Below, in pieces: positions 42,223 through 57,021 of a stretch of DNA of 64,000 nt (its first letter is position 1; each line of letters opens with the position of its first letter). The stretch is from contig OX597823.1 in NCBI GenBank assembly GCA_951406725.2, forward strand, positions 72,478,001 through 72,542,000, written 5' to 3'. The notes beneath the pieces are model-generated. The model had not been told where the DNA came from, did not search any database, and saw only the letters and a list, made by a program, of their open reading frames with translations. Source of the DNA: Octopus vulgaris. Its lineage: Eukaryota. Made by a program: the position numbers and the translations under genes.

Positions 42223-42904
42223 TATACACATGCATACGCATATATGTTAAATGTAATCTTTAGTTATCAATAAGACCATTGTTTGTTTGTAAGCAATATT
42301 AGCATTAATTAGTGTAAATTAAAGAAATATGCATTGCAAACGAATAGTATAATGTCGATATGAAAATCTCTTTCTCGTATATTGCTACTTTGAAAACGTA
42401 CACTCACGCAAACACACACGCAAGCACGCACACACACACACACACACACCACATAATATATAAATAAATATTCGTATACCTATATATGCCACTATGTATA
42501 TCCGCTGTAACTACCAGGTATAACATTTTCTAGTTGATTCATAGATACATATGTGTATATATGCGTGTCACAAAGAGTGACAGCAGAAAAATAATAGTGA
42601 AACTGAGAAAGAGAGAAAATGAAAGAGAGAGAGAGAGAAGATGAAAGAGAGTGGCAAAAAAAAAAGACAGAGAAAGAATAGAGACAGAGTAAGAATTAGA
42701 CTAACAGCAAGAAACAATGTACGTTCGTTATATTAACTCTGACTTCACGAAATGCCTTTTCAGCAACAAAATTTCCAGAAAATGGCATTCAGTAACTGAT
42801 ATTCCAGTTTACCCTAACCTGGCGCTTACGCATGCTGCATAAAACATAAAGTTGGTAAAGTATTTCGAAAATGAGAACGAACAATGAATATTTAAGTCAT
42901 AATA

Positions 42905-43219
42905 TTGGTTTCAATGCTTAGCACAAGGCCAGCAATTTTCTGGGACATAGTAAGTAAATTAATATGACATTAGTACTCAACTGATACTTAACTTATCGAA
43001 CCAAAAGGATGACGGTCAAAATCAACCTCGGCAAAATTCGAACTCAGAACGTGCTAACAGTTCTGCCATCTCAGCGCCTTTTTACGTGATAATAAATTTT
43101 AGCCCAAGGCCAGTAATTTCAGGAAGGGTAAGACGATTACGTCGTCACAATGCTCAGCTTCTACTTATTTTATCGAACCCGAAATGATGAAAGGCAAAGT
43201 CGACCTCGACAGTAGTAGC

Positions 43220-43292
<73 letters not shown>

Positions 43293-43522
43293 ACAGTAGT
43301 AGCAGTAGTAGTAGTAGTAGTAGGCACAAGGACTGGAATTTTGGGGTGGGATGAGTCGAGTACATCGAACACAGTACTCAGCATGTACTTAGGTTATCGA
43401 CCCTGAACTAATGAAAAGGCAAAGTTGATGTCAGTGAAATTTGAACTGAGAACGTATAAAGACGGATGAAATGCCGCTAAGAATTTTGTCCGGCATACTA
43501 AAGATTCTGCCAGCTCGCTGCC
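42905..43522 (-). mobile_element. Head-to-tail array of three tRNA-derived SINEs separated by (TAG)n and bounded by (TAA)n
   Basis: The motifs gcacaaggccagcaattt / ttatcga.ccc.aa..atgaaaggcaaagt / ttgaactcagaacg / ttctgccagctcg recur at 42905-43078, 43095-43210 and 43322-43522. Confidence 0.85.
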
Positions 43523-43589
<67 letters not shown>

Positions 43590-43622
43590 CAACAACAAAA
43601 ACAACAACAGCAACAACAACAA

Positions 43623-45390
43623 ATGTGAATGACCTTATATATTCCGCAGCCTCCATCGCTGTAAAAGCTTTCAGAGTTAAAAGTCAACGAAGAACCAAGG
43701 ACAATGTTTCATGAGAACCAAATTGAACAGCTCAAAAGAGATTGTGGACGGATAAATGCAATCATAGAAAAGAAGAAAATGAAGGAAAGACGCAGGAAAT
43801 GCAACATAAAACAAAAGACCTGCAAGTTGTTAAAGAAGGGTTGTGACAAAAATCCAAACAGTGACGGGTTAAAAAGAACAAAAAAATAGTGTCAACAAAG
43901 ATCAAAGCAGTACGAGCAGAATAAACTCGTCGAGCACAATGAATGGAAATTCTATGACCAACTGAAGAATGAAAAACATCAATAAATTTCTGGGAAAAAA
44001 ATCGAGAGCCAAAAGTCCAATATAATATATAAGCAGACTGTTTACGGGAATTTGTCTGATGTTGTAAAATTACTACAAGACATCATCATTACATCACTGT
44101 GGAATAACAACAGGTACAAACATGTAAATCTGCTGCAAGACGAGAGCATAATGGAAGGCGAAATAAGACAGAACGTCACTAAGGAGTAAAAGAAGAGAAT
44201 TAGAAAAGTGATTGAAACAAAACTTAATTGAAGGAACATAATAAATCTCATAAACGCATAGGCTAATCAGGTATTGAGATATTCTGCTCCCTTTCCGAAA
44301 GATCGAGATGTAGAATTTGGATAGAAGAACTAGAAGATTACTCACAAAGCACAACGCACGCCATCCTAAAAGCAACACTGACCAATTCTATCTACCAAGA
44401 AAGGAAGGTGGTAGAGAATCACTAAACGCAGAATACACTGCTAGTACTTCGATACTGGGTCTTCACAATTAAGCTTTGCACTGGACAATATCAGCAGCCA
44501 GATGCACTTAATAAGTGACTGAAATTGTAGACGAAATCGCAGAGAAAAGAAAGAAAAACAGAATAAATAAATGTAATGAAATGGAACCGCATGACCAATT
44601 CATGCAGCAAAACAAAAATGGAGGAAGTAATCATCGCTGGCTTTGGTTGACGGACGGGGGCTTGAAACGAGGGCAAAATCGCAAATTATAGCCGCTCAGA
44701 AAGAAGCCCTTAGAACGAATCTGATAAAGGCAAAGTTCGAGAAAATTCGGTCAGGCAGCAATTGTAGAATCTGCAGAAAAGGAGACGAGAGTATCAATCA
44801 CATTTTGAGTGGGTGCGGCATATTAGCACAAAAGGTGTATAAGTGCAGACATGGCTGTGCTGGCGGAACAGTGCATTGGGATGTTAGCTGAGTGTGAGGC
44901 CTGAAAGCAACAGAAATGTGGTATGATCACGAAACTAGGGTTTGGGTTAGGGTTAGGGTGAGAGAAAATGAGAATTACAACTTGTGGAATTGATCACAAT
45001 ACTGAGGCAAGAAAACTAGACATGGTTATAGAGGACAAAATAAACAGTCTAAGATCATAGATTTTGCAATTACCTATCACAGCAAATTCGATACCAAAGA
45101 AATTGCAAAAAATATTGAGAAATATCAGGATTTAGACAGAGAGCTGAGGAGACTGTGAGAAAACGACAGCAATTATCCCTGTAATAATTGAGACGCTCGG
45201 CACAACATACAAAAGGCTTACCAAATAACCGAAAAAAATTAGAATTGAAACTTGCATTGTCAACCTCCAGAAAAGTACCATCCTATATTTCGCCAGATTC
45301 CTTTAAATGATTCTTGAGATTTGTGGAGACTTGTTATCGCCGTCAAACCTCAGGATAAAATACCTGCTAACTAAATTAGCATGTAATACA
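43623..45390 (+). mobile_element. Degraded R4/Dong-type RLE retrotransposon
   Basis: LYLPRKEGGR-like segment, IIAAQKEALRTN, CRIC..ESINHILSGC (CCHC zinc knuckle), YKCRH..VHW, WYDH..ENENY..LW, IIDFAI, KYQDL..EL, IIPVII..LGT, LQK. Starts right after (TAA)n(CAA)n. Confidence 0.85.
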
Positions 45391-45642
45391 CGTATTGAAA
45401 AAAGCACTGTCGCTGTGAATTTTCTTTCCTTTTCCCCCAGTTATTTTCTTGGTTTTCTACTTTCTTCATTTTTTTCATTAAATTTTTTTCTTCCTTTCTT
45501 TGTTCCCACTTTTCTATCACGTGACATTGTAAATGAACAATCTGGTGTGTTCATCTTAAAGGCCTACCAATGTATAGAGTGGGCATTCTGTTCTAGGTGT
45601 CAGGAAGACACTCGGTAAGAAATTGAAAGAGAATTGATAGAC

Positions 45643-45679
<37 letters not shown>

Positions 45680-45689
45680 TACAATCATA

Positions 45690-45887
45690 ATTTCAAATAC
45701 TGGTACAAGACCAGCAACTACGGAGAAGGGGTGATCCGATTACATCGACCCCAATACTCAACTAGTGCTTATTTTATCGACAACCAAGGATCAAAGGCAA
45801 GGTGGCCTCGGCGGAATTTGAACACAGAACGTACAGACGGAGGAAAAGCCGCTAAGCATATTAGCAAGCGTGCTAACATTTCTGCCA
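45690..45887 (-). mobile_element. tRNA-derived SINE between (TAA)n tracts
   Basis: Same family as 43322-43522. Confidence 0.8.
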
Positions 45888-45900
45888 ATTAATCGCATTG

Positions 45901-45967
<67 letters not shown>

Positions 45968-45975
45968 TAATAATG

Positions 45976-46025
<50 letters not shown>

Positions 46026-47340
46026 TTTTTACTACTACTGCTGCTGCTGTTGTTGTTATTTCGTTAGACCTGTTGTTGAATATTGTGTTTTGTGTTGAAA
46101 TATACGAACGTTTTCGAGACATCGTTGTAATTTTGATGAATAAAACATAGTTTTATCTTTATACAGGGATTTTCAAATGTCTGGCCGTCTACGCAATCAC
46201 CGGGGCAGGGGAAAATGTCTGGCTTTTACATATCCACATAACTTTTGACAAAGTACTGCTTAGTAAACATTTAACATAATAAAAGTACATTCACTGGTGC
46301 AGCTGAAGGAACCTCTAAACGTAAGTGTACTAAGTGGTGAATAAACAGTAATATTTTGGGGTTTTGGTTTTTCTTTATATAAATTTTGAAAGCAATATCA
46401 CAGAGGTTGAAGAAAAGACAAAATGATAAAAAGTTTGAAGAGGTGGTTGCAACAAAAGTTAAAGGATAAATAAAAACGGATATACTTCTCATAACGATAA
46501 CTGGCGTAGCAGCAATTTTGTTAGCGTTGCTAATCAGATGGGGAAAATGTTATTGGCCGGCTCTCGGATCGAGGTTACTCAGATCACTGTCTCTTAGTCG
46601 TCGTATTCATTTAAATTTGGGTAATTATATAACTACTACTACTACTATTACACACATGATGATGGCTATATATAACAATCACCATTATTATTTGATAAAA
46701 AAAGAAGGATCAGAATAAAGGAGAGCAGATACATTCAGAGAAACAGATGCAAGAAATATCTACACGTTAAGGAATGTGAAGAAAAATTAAGCATTTCTTA
46801 TAGAGTTAATAACCATAGCAGTAGTTAGCTAGCATTGAAAATTAGAATGACGTAACCGATATAGCGCGTGAAAAGTGGTACGCCTCTGATTTTCAAACAT
46901 GGAGAGTGCTAACATATTCTTATGATGGAACAAATGGAGGAATCCTTGACTAGTAGGTCACACGATGTGTTGTATCAACCTAAATTGGACCTACGGAAAC
47001 ACAGTCTTTGTCAGCGAATGCAAGGAGTCGATAGAAGCTGGTGCTCCACACACCTTCCCACTGGTTATGACCTAAATATATAAGGATACGAAAAGCAAGT
47101 TAGACGGACAAATATATGAAAAGTGACGTTGAATCTGGATAATCATAAGCTTTCAAAGATACGTGGTAAACGCAGACGTGAATAAATTGTATGCAGTAGA
47201 GGGGCATATTTATGTTTACGTCAGTCTTAAGCATTTCGAAAACCACAAAGTATTCCGAACATTTGAAAGGTAAAAACCTCAAATCCTTAACCTTTGGGAG
47301 AAAGAGCCATTAAAGTTTGGAAATGCAGAGGAAAGAAACT

Positions 47341-47407
<67 letters not shown>

Positions 47408-48759
47408 GTGGACAACATTAGATGTAACAACAGAAGGAGTTCACACACAAATATTGCTGTTTTCAGAGCATATTTGCGTGCATCTCCAAAGCAGGAAAAT
47501 TGACTTCATTCCCACTGATAGACAGCATGTGCAGGAATTTGAGGATCCCTTTCAGTAGTTCTACTCTGTGGAGTTGGGCAAGAAAAGGAAAATATAGAAG
47601 AGACACAAGTAGTTGGTGATCGCACGGAAAGAAAAACCAAGGTTGAGTACATCAAAAAAGTAAGCTCAGCCTAGAAGCAAAGCTTAACTCATTGGAAACG
47701 ACAGGAGTACTAGAATCATACGAATCGGCAGAAAGTAACACAAATCATCTGAGTTTATTTAAAGGATAACGGGAAATGTGCTTGACTAATTAGGAAAATG
47801 TGACCAGATTTTGTATAAACGCTTAAATGCTAAATTGCTTACAAGCACAAAAACAGCTACGTATCTAGAAATGTATGTGTCCTAAACAAACGGTATGAGA
47901 GTGTTCAAACCCGAGCGAAAACCCAAACCACACAACTGAACTTTTGGGAACCAGTTTTGACACGGGGAGGAAAAGTCAATTAGGTTCCTAATGTGCCACG
48001 ATCCAGGTTAAGTGGCGCTTACATCACTAGAGATTTAATAAACATTCATTAAGTATTGCATTGAAGAAGGCAGGCAGCATTGAAATGTGATGTGACTCAG
48101 CGTTGTGGTGGATTCTGCATTAGGCGTGCGTCATTCTCGTACATGTATTTGTACACGTTCCTTTCAACTGGACTCATACACACAGATAAAACACACACGC
48201 ACATTTGCCAAAGACACATGCACACACATATGAATTCAATAATGCTATAACCCTAGTGGTAATAATTACGAAATTATCAATATCATCAATTTGATAAAAT
48301 TAGTATCATTGTCATAGTTACATTTAATAAACTATGTCTGAGAAAAAATGAATTTTTTTATCTTGCAAGACGTTTATGTAATTTTGGAGAATAGGAATAT
48401 ATATTTCATAATTTTATCTCGATAATTTTGTTACTGAATATTTTCCTGTAGAGAGATATCAAGTTTATTAGGAAATGCTTCAATAATAAGTAAATATGAG
48501 TAGTAGAGAAGTTTTTTTGCGAATGATTCAAAATTAACTAATCAGGTGTATATAGAGCAGTTTTACTACGGTTTTTATCTCCATTTATAATTTCTTATGC
48601 TGTCTCATAAAATACAACACATATGTGATTTCCCCTATGCAGTATAAGAATTGTGGCTATTCTAACCACTATATATATATATTAAAATGTGTGCTTCTCA
48701 TATCAAAATATTCATCAGCCATTTTCATTAATCTTCATCATTATCTTCATCATTACACG

Positions 48760-48969
48760 GGTAGCGAGCTGGAGGAATCGTTAACAACCTGGACAAAATG
48801 CTTAGAAACATTTTACAAGACTTTGCAGTCTGATGTCAAATTTCACCGAGGTCGGCTGGCTTTAGCTTTCATCCTTTCGCGAGCTATAAAATATGTATCT
48901 GCTGAACACTGAGATCGATGCAATCAAGAAGCCCCATCCCGCACAAATGTCAGGCCACTTGCCTCTAGC

Positions 48970-48970
<1 letters not shown>
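48760..48970 (+). mobile_element. tRNA-derived SINE with (TTA)n tail
   Basis: gcgagctggaggaatcgttaac..aaatgcttag..ccgaggtcggct..gctttcatccttt. Confidence 0.75.
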
Positions 48971-49014
<44 letters not shown>

Positions 49015-49018
49015 TTGC

Positions 49019-49057
<39 letters not shown>

Positions 49058-51459
49058 CAGTATCCTCGTCTTATGAATAAACACACGGTAGAATCGTTGA
49101 AATGTGTAATAGTAACTGTTGGTATCAAAATACGTCAATATAGGTTATGAGTTGCTTTTGGAGTTACACACAATACAGTCAAGTGGCCTTTCGATTTAAT
49201 CGCCTACCTCGAAAAATATCTGCCTTGATTCCTATATCAGAAATTATAGTGGCATCCGAAAAATATAACATAACAAACAGCATATTTGTCTACATCAAGA
49301 CCAATAGCAAATATGCTTACTTAGTGAAAGGAAAATATAAAGAACGTTAACTAAGAATCATTAATTCAAAAGTGATTTTGAAAAGGAAACCCAATACGGT
49401 GATAGAATTAACCTTGGCTGGGTTTCATTCCCAAAACGAATTGCAGTCAACTATAATCTATCAAAATAAATGTTGGTCGATAGTTGTCCCTTGACAACAC
49501 AATTGCGGCATTCCTTGTTCATTAAAAGATTTCGAAAAGCCAAAACAGTCATGTTAAGTGAGATCTCGTTTATTAAGAAGAGAATTGTGTATGGCACAAT
49601 GTGCAACGGTATCAAATATAAAACAGCAGATGTTCAATTACCATATGACACACTTGCTCATATGTTTGTCACAAAATATTTCAGAAGGAGAAACACAAAC
49701 TGGAATATGAAGAACAGCGGTAACACTGTCACTTTTTTAACAGAATCCCTGTTTCCGCACAATCTGAGCTGGTATTTTGTGGCTGCGTATTATTTAGCAA
49801 ATTTACGCAGAGTTGAATCACCAGGAGTCTACAAGAAATTCCTGATCCCGCGAACCACAAAACAATACAGAAAGTGTACCCATGGAGAATGCTGGAGGAA
49901 GGTTTGCAACACAGCATACAGGGTGCAAGGCTCAATTGCTTAACATACAGTATAAAAAAATGTCTAAGGTTTTTCTGAAGAAAAATTATAACGTTGTACC
50001 GCAGCATAACGTAACACCAGGCATAAGGCGACATCAAAGTGGTACCGAGTGATCAACAAACATTGCCGCATTATCATTGTAAGGAAATAAACAAAAAAGC
50101 CTAAGACATGTTTCTCTGGGATATGGGCTGTACAAATATCATGAAATAAAACTCTGCCCATGCTCACAAGAGCACTAACCAATACACTAATGATGATTCG
50201 AACTAAATAGTGGTCAAAGATGTCTGGGCAATCTTTCGAGGGAACGAAATCAGATGCGAGTAACGATTGTTAAAACACTCCATAACAAGGAGCCGCTCAC
50301 CACTGAGGAGGCCGTTTATGAAAATAATGCCATCTCTGTTGAAGATGGGCATCTCTTTAGGAAAGGGTAATATATCATGTGTAAAGAGCTATCCTGAAGG
50401 AATATGAATTCATCTCCTACACGAATGAATTAAACTTCACAGCCATTGGAAAGTTCGACAAATATCTAATAAAAGTCATATATACATATATGCATTTGAG
50501 ACATACAAACGAAATGCTGATATGGGAAGATGGGGTGAAAAGTACAAAAAATCCCAAAATAATGCAATATAGGCAAAAGTTTATTTGACATTTTACAGCT
50601 TCACATGTCACCTACACTCGAACGTGTGCTCTTCCGTATCCACTCTGACCAAGGATACCTCCAAGGAGTATTCTGGATCCAGTAGTGTTAAACAAAGCAT
50701 GATGAACATGGAAGGGATGGGATGTGTAACGAGAATGTTATAGCGGAGTTATGGTGATTTGATCAACACATATATTTTGCATTCATATAATTTCAGATTT
50801 ATTTCTCTCATTGGGTGATTTATCTTTACTTGCAACACTATGTATTGTATACACAATTTCATCCGCTCCCTCACATTTCTATAAACTGTCTGTTATATTT
50901 GATATATATTTGTTTGATGACCACTATACTTTAAATGTTTGGCCTCTACCAAATTTGAAACAAGAAAGTGGGGTGGTGAGCTACCAGTATCATTTGCACT
51001 TCGGATAGAATGTTTAGTGCATTTCCTCCGGCTCTTTACATTCTGAGTTCAAATACCGCTGTGATGAATTTTGCATTTTTCCCAATACGGAATCGATAGA
51101 GTAAGTACAAGCTGACAGCAGTATCATCTGCTGTTGATGCATAAGATGCTGTGAAGTGGAATCATTAGAACATCGGGAAAATTGGTTTCCAGTAGTTGAG
51201 ATGCTTCTATATTTTGTGTTCAAATGCCACCTAAGTGAAGTATGGCTTTCAGTCATTACGTTCGATAGATTAAAGTCTCACTAAAGTAATGGAATCGATG
51301 GTATCGAGTACTTTTCTTTCTTCGAATTTGCTGGCCTTGTGCTTTATTCAGAAGACATAGTCTTTCTTCTTCTTCTTCTTCTTCTTCTTCTTCTTCTTCT
51401 TCTTCTTCTTCTTCTTCTTCTTCTTCTTCTTCTTCTTCTTCTTCTTCTTCTTCTCTTCT

Positions 51460-52015
<556 letters not shown>

Positions 52016-52034
52016 ATTATTATAATAAGGCAAT

Positions 52035-52680
52035 GGGATCGGTGGATGTTCCGCTTTAGAAATTAATAGCGTATTAGTGGCGGGGAAGTGCAACGACGTT
52101 CTCAGGGAGACTCTGGGCACCGACGAGAACGAACCAGCTAGCCTGTTCCGGAGAACTTTCCGGTCGGGAACGATCATGGATAATTTCCAGATGTCCTTGG
52201 CCTTGCAATACTACGGGGGGTGCGGGTGGGGTCGCTGCCGGTTCGAGATAGACTCGAACCGTCAGTACGGATTTGCTGCCAGACGGACTTGTTCGATGTA
52301 CGCACTGAGTGACGAAACCGTTCTGCGCACCCTCGTTCAGTTGTCGGGTATTTCTGATTTGTGGGGAAAGTGTTGAACAGCTGCTGTCACGTGTAGGACA
52401 GGTCTATCTGTCGGCCGAGTCCGTAGTGATGATCGTACTGCCACCCTTCTTTAATCGGGTAGACAAGACAGTACTTCTTTACCTGGTGTCTGTGGTGAAA
52501 GAGGTTGTTTGGCGGACAGGGCTGAAACGCATAAGGACAGATACATTCCTCTTAGGTGGAGCTCTGATTGACGAGGAAAGTGAGAGTAGAGATGGAAGTA
52601 TTATTCTCGAGTGAGTTTATTGAAAGTTGGGTGAAAGTTACGAAAATGGCAAGAGTGGATGATACTTCTCTAAATTAAGA
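52035..52680 (+). mobile_element. L1/Tx1-clade LINE C-terminal (zinc-finger) region
   Basis: GC-rich segment encoding TCSM..DETVLRTLVQ.SGISDLW..VEQLLSR..VVKEVVW, the CxxC...ETxxH...C..W zf-RVT pattern, degraded. Confidence 0.7.
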
Positions 52681-53139
52681 CCTGTTAGTCGAAGAGGAAT
52701 TGGAGAGGCCAATTGCTCCTGGATTTTTAGGGAAATCTCGAAGTGTAGGTTTCCTCGATAATGTCTATTACTATTATTATGATTATTATTAAGCAGTCTT
52801 AATTTTATCAAATGCATTCACTGCAATACGAAGCCCAGCTCTGTGTGCCTTGGTTATATGCTGTGGTGCTCTTATTTTTACTGTATTGAAAGTGCTTTAC
52901 GTAGGATGCGTGCGATGCCTAGTAGTGCTATTTTCTGTATGTTATATATATTTGTTAGTCCTGGTATTTTTGTTATGTATTTGTCTGAATATCATACCTA
53001 ATGCGCCCACTATAATAGGAATCGTTTGCTTTTAGACTCTATATTCGTTAATATTATATGATATATATATATATACACATACACACATATATATGTGCGT
53101 ACGTATACATGTATGACTAGAGGTGTGTGTTTGTATATT

Positions 53140-53635
53140 AGTTAGTTAGTTAGTTAGTTAGTTAATTTGGCTCAAAAGCAAATAGCAAGGCCATGTAGGG
53201 GACATGGAGTTAAGTACAGGGTGGTGTTCATGTAAAGAGTTCAGGCCACTTGAGGTCAAGGGAGGCTTTGAACAAAGCGGTCGTCGGCATCTTCACCATC
53301 TCGTCTGGCAGCTTGTTCCAGGGATCCGCAACCCGGATGGAGAAAGCTCCTCTCCTTCGATTGAGATTAAATCGTCGCAGATAGAGCTTTTCGGAATGAA
53401 CCCGCAGCCGACGCTCTGGAGCAGGAGTGAAGAACAGCTCTTTCGAGAGGTTACACTTTCCGCTTATCATGTTGTGAGCGAGAATGAGATCAGCACGGCG
53501 GCGGCGTTTTTCTAAAGAATAAAGGTCGAGCGTCCTCAGCCTTTCTTCATAGGACAAATTTTTGAGACCATGAACCATGCAGGTAGCCAGCTTCTGGACT
53601 CTTTCGAGATGCTGTATGTCTTTGAGGAGATAAGG

Positions 53636-53637
<2 letters not shown>
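53140..53637 (-). mobile_element. Young CR1-clade LINE 3' end with (CTAA)n tail
   Basis: Uninterrupted PYLLKDIQHLERVQKLAT..LSYEERLRTLDLYSLEKRRRRADLI..FSIRVADPWNKLP..FKASLD. A short 3' UTR is followed by (tagt)n on the + strand. 5'-truncated at (TA)n. Confidence 0.92.
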
Positions 53638-53695
<58 letters not shown>

Positions 53696-53904
53696 TGTAT
53701 GGTTGGATGCATGTATAAGCAGCAGATAATCGATTTCTGTTTGGCAAACGATGAAAAAGGTCAATGTTAATTGTGTATATATACAGGCACTTACGCCCGA
53801 ATAAACACATACATACTGATGAAACACACACAGAGGACACATATAGACACATATATACAAGTATCTATGAATTTAACTACATACGCACATATGTATGCAC
53901 ACAC

Positions 53905-53967
<63 letters not shown>

Positions 53968-54129
53968 TATGTATATATGTATATGTCTATATACACACAT
54001 GTATATTTATATGTATATACATATGTATATATCTATATCTATATATATATATTTAACATGTTTTCTCATTTTCTTCAACCTATTCTTAATGTTTATAATG
54101 ATAATAATAATAATAATAATAATAACAAC

Positions 54130-54381
<252 letters not shown>

Positions 54382-55070
54382 AAAGCCTGGATCCGTTCTC
54401 AGCCAGAAAGGTAGTACCTCACAGGATCCTATCTATGCGTTAAATGCAGAGTAAGCTCTCATTATTTTTCACAAAGCTGTGAAGTAGGCAGCTCTTCTAG
54501 GCGGAAGATGCATTTTGCAATGATTCTCACTGGAACGTTCTATGATAATCCAAAACATATTAAAAGTGTGCTCCTGATTTTTGTCACTGAAATCCAGTGA
54601 AGTACAAAGGTGCCATTATTGTGAGACGGCTATTAGATGACTAGATAATAGTTTAATATCATTTTCATAATCATCGTCATGGTATTGTATGTATATATAC
54701 GTATGTGTATATATATCTGTGTTTACACACACATATGTAGAAAATTTCTCGAAGAAGCCAGAAGTCAAAGTGATTGATTTGCATTCTAAGAATAACTCTG
54801 AAGACCTCCAATTCCTTTTGTTGCCGATCATCATGCTGTAAATATATTATGTTAACTGTGAGTAATATGAAAAGTTTATTATAGAATGTGAGATATAATT
54901 GCAAAATTGTACTATATGGGATTTTTAATTTAACTAGATCGATTACTCTCAGCTCATCACTTACAGATATATATATATATATATATAGACACATACACGT
55001 GTAAACTTACAGATACATATATAAGCGCAATAAGTATCCACATAGGTTTAAACATCCACACACATACATA

Positions 55071-55123
<53 letters not shown>

Positions 55124-55950
55124 ATATTTATATATAATGAATGGTTATATGTACATACACACACAAACATATAACACTCGCATGACACATACGCATATCT
55201 ATATGCTTATGGCTTGAAATATTCATATGCATATTAGCAGGTAATTGTTTTTGAAATGTTTCTATTCGTTACCTTAAAAAGAAAAATATAAGCAATTGTT
55301 TCTAATTCGGTTTTGAATTGAAGATCTGATGGAAACAATTGGTCCCTGGACTTGATGTTATTTTTGCATGTTAAGAAATCTAGATTGATAAAAACTAAAA
55401 TGACCTCTGGTATTTCAACGAAGAACGTAAAGAACATACATTCCAGAACTCTAACAATACAGCCAAACCACAGATATCGCAGTTCTTTCTAATTTCGGAG
55501 GAGTGTCGGTATTTCTGATGGGAGAAGTCAGTCGCTCATATAAAACACACTTCTGTACTGGCTTTATAATATGTTAGCCATGGCGGCATGATAGATAAAC
55601 TTAATCCCAGCGATGTGAAAATCTAATTTCAAATTGCAACAACAAATAACGGACTTTCATTTTAACCGACGCTCTAACACTTCCGCTAATCTTCTGTCGT
55701 TACATGTATAAGGTAGGCAAAAGAAAGCTGCGAAAAGGTTTAAGTCTTCTTAGTTACACAAGGGCTTGACCGATACTAAGGCAAAATATTTTAAGGAGCA
55801 GAGTAATATGATACCAGTGAACTTAGTATTCGATCGTATTTTTATCGTACCGAAATCGAATATGAAAGAAAGGCAACGATGACTTCAGCGGTATTTTAAT
55901 TCAGAACGCAAAGAACTGTAACAAAAATGTCCGATGCAGTAACAAAACCG

Positions 55951-55999
<49 letters not shown>

Positions 56000-56015
56000 A
56001 ATAATAATAATAATA

Positions 56016-56330
56016 GTTTCAATTTTTGTCACAAATGCACCAATTGTGGGGAAAGGATTAAATCGATCACATCGACCCCAGTATACAACTGGTACTTATC
56101 TTATCGAGCCCGAAAGGATAAAATGCAAAGTTGACCTCGGCGGAATTTGAACTCAATACGTAGCGGCATATGAAATAACGCTAAGAATTTCGCCCGGAGT
56201 GCTAACGATTCTGCCAATAATAACAATAATGGTTTCAAATTTTGCCACAAGGGCTGCAAGTTTGGAGGAGGGGATGAGTCGATTACATCGACACCAGTGT
56301 TTAAATGATACGTATTTTACCGATCCCGGA
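56016..56330 (-). mobile_element. Tandem SINEs (56016-56216 near full length; 56231-56330 3' part)
   Basis: atcgatcacatcgaccccag..ggtacttat..aaagttgacctcggcggaatttgaactc..gctaacgattctgcca. Confidence 0.85.
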
Positions 56331-56788
56331 AGGGCACTACCAAACAGTTGTACTCATGGTTTCTGAACTTAATTGATTCGAAGTGCTATAATGTACATCG
56401 TTTTGTCTTGGTATAAAAGGTTGGCTACATCAAATGATCTGCTCAATACCACAGATTTGCTTGTCAGTTGGTTGACCTTAACCATGCCCATTAATGGCTG
56501 ACGATATATGCGTCTCTGATTACGAGCAGAAGTAATGGGGGGGGGGGAGCATCATAGCCATGTATTGAGAATAATTATTTGGGGTTTGAATAATTCATCC
56601 CTGGAAAAATGAATATTTCGTTCAGCATTCTTAAACGACCCTTATTCAGAGATCTTTTCAGCGGGCAGGACTACTTGACTTGAAGAAAATTCTAACCGGC
56701 CCCACCTGCAAGCTCATGCACTGTTTTTCTTGATATCAGATCGCAATATTGCGCAAATATATGTACGAAGCATTCGATTTTATGAGTG

Positions 56789-56873
<85 letters not shown>

Positions 56874-56960
56874 TTGAACTCAGAACCTGATATCCATTGT
56901 TCAGATCGTAATTGTCCATCGTTCAATCAGTATCAACAATCTGCCAGATCGCTGCCTTAA

Positions 56961-57021
<61 letters not shown>

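Noticed and set aside
42905-43522. Regularly spaced repeats superficially like a CRISPR array
   Set aside because: The units are ~200-bp SINEs separated by microsatellites in eukaryotic DNA, with no cas genes.
49470-49943. 157-aa non-repetitive ORF
   Set aside because: No recognisable domain or splice context. It lies in a tract that looks like an old degraded retroelement, but I cannot assign it.
56390-56750. Complex segment that looks like a dispersed repeat
   Set aside because: Only one copy in the window and no diagnostic ends or motifs, so its class cannot be supported.
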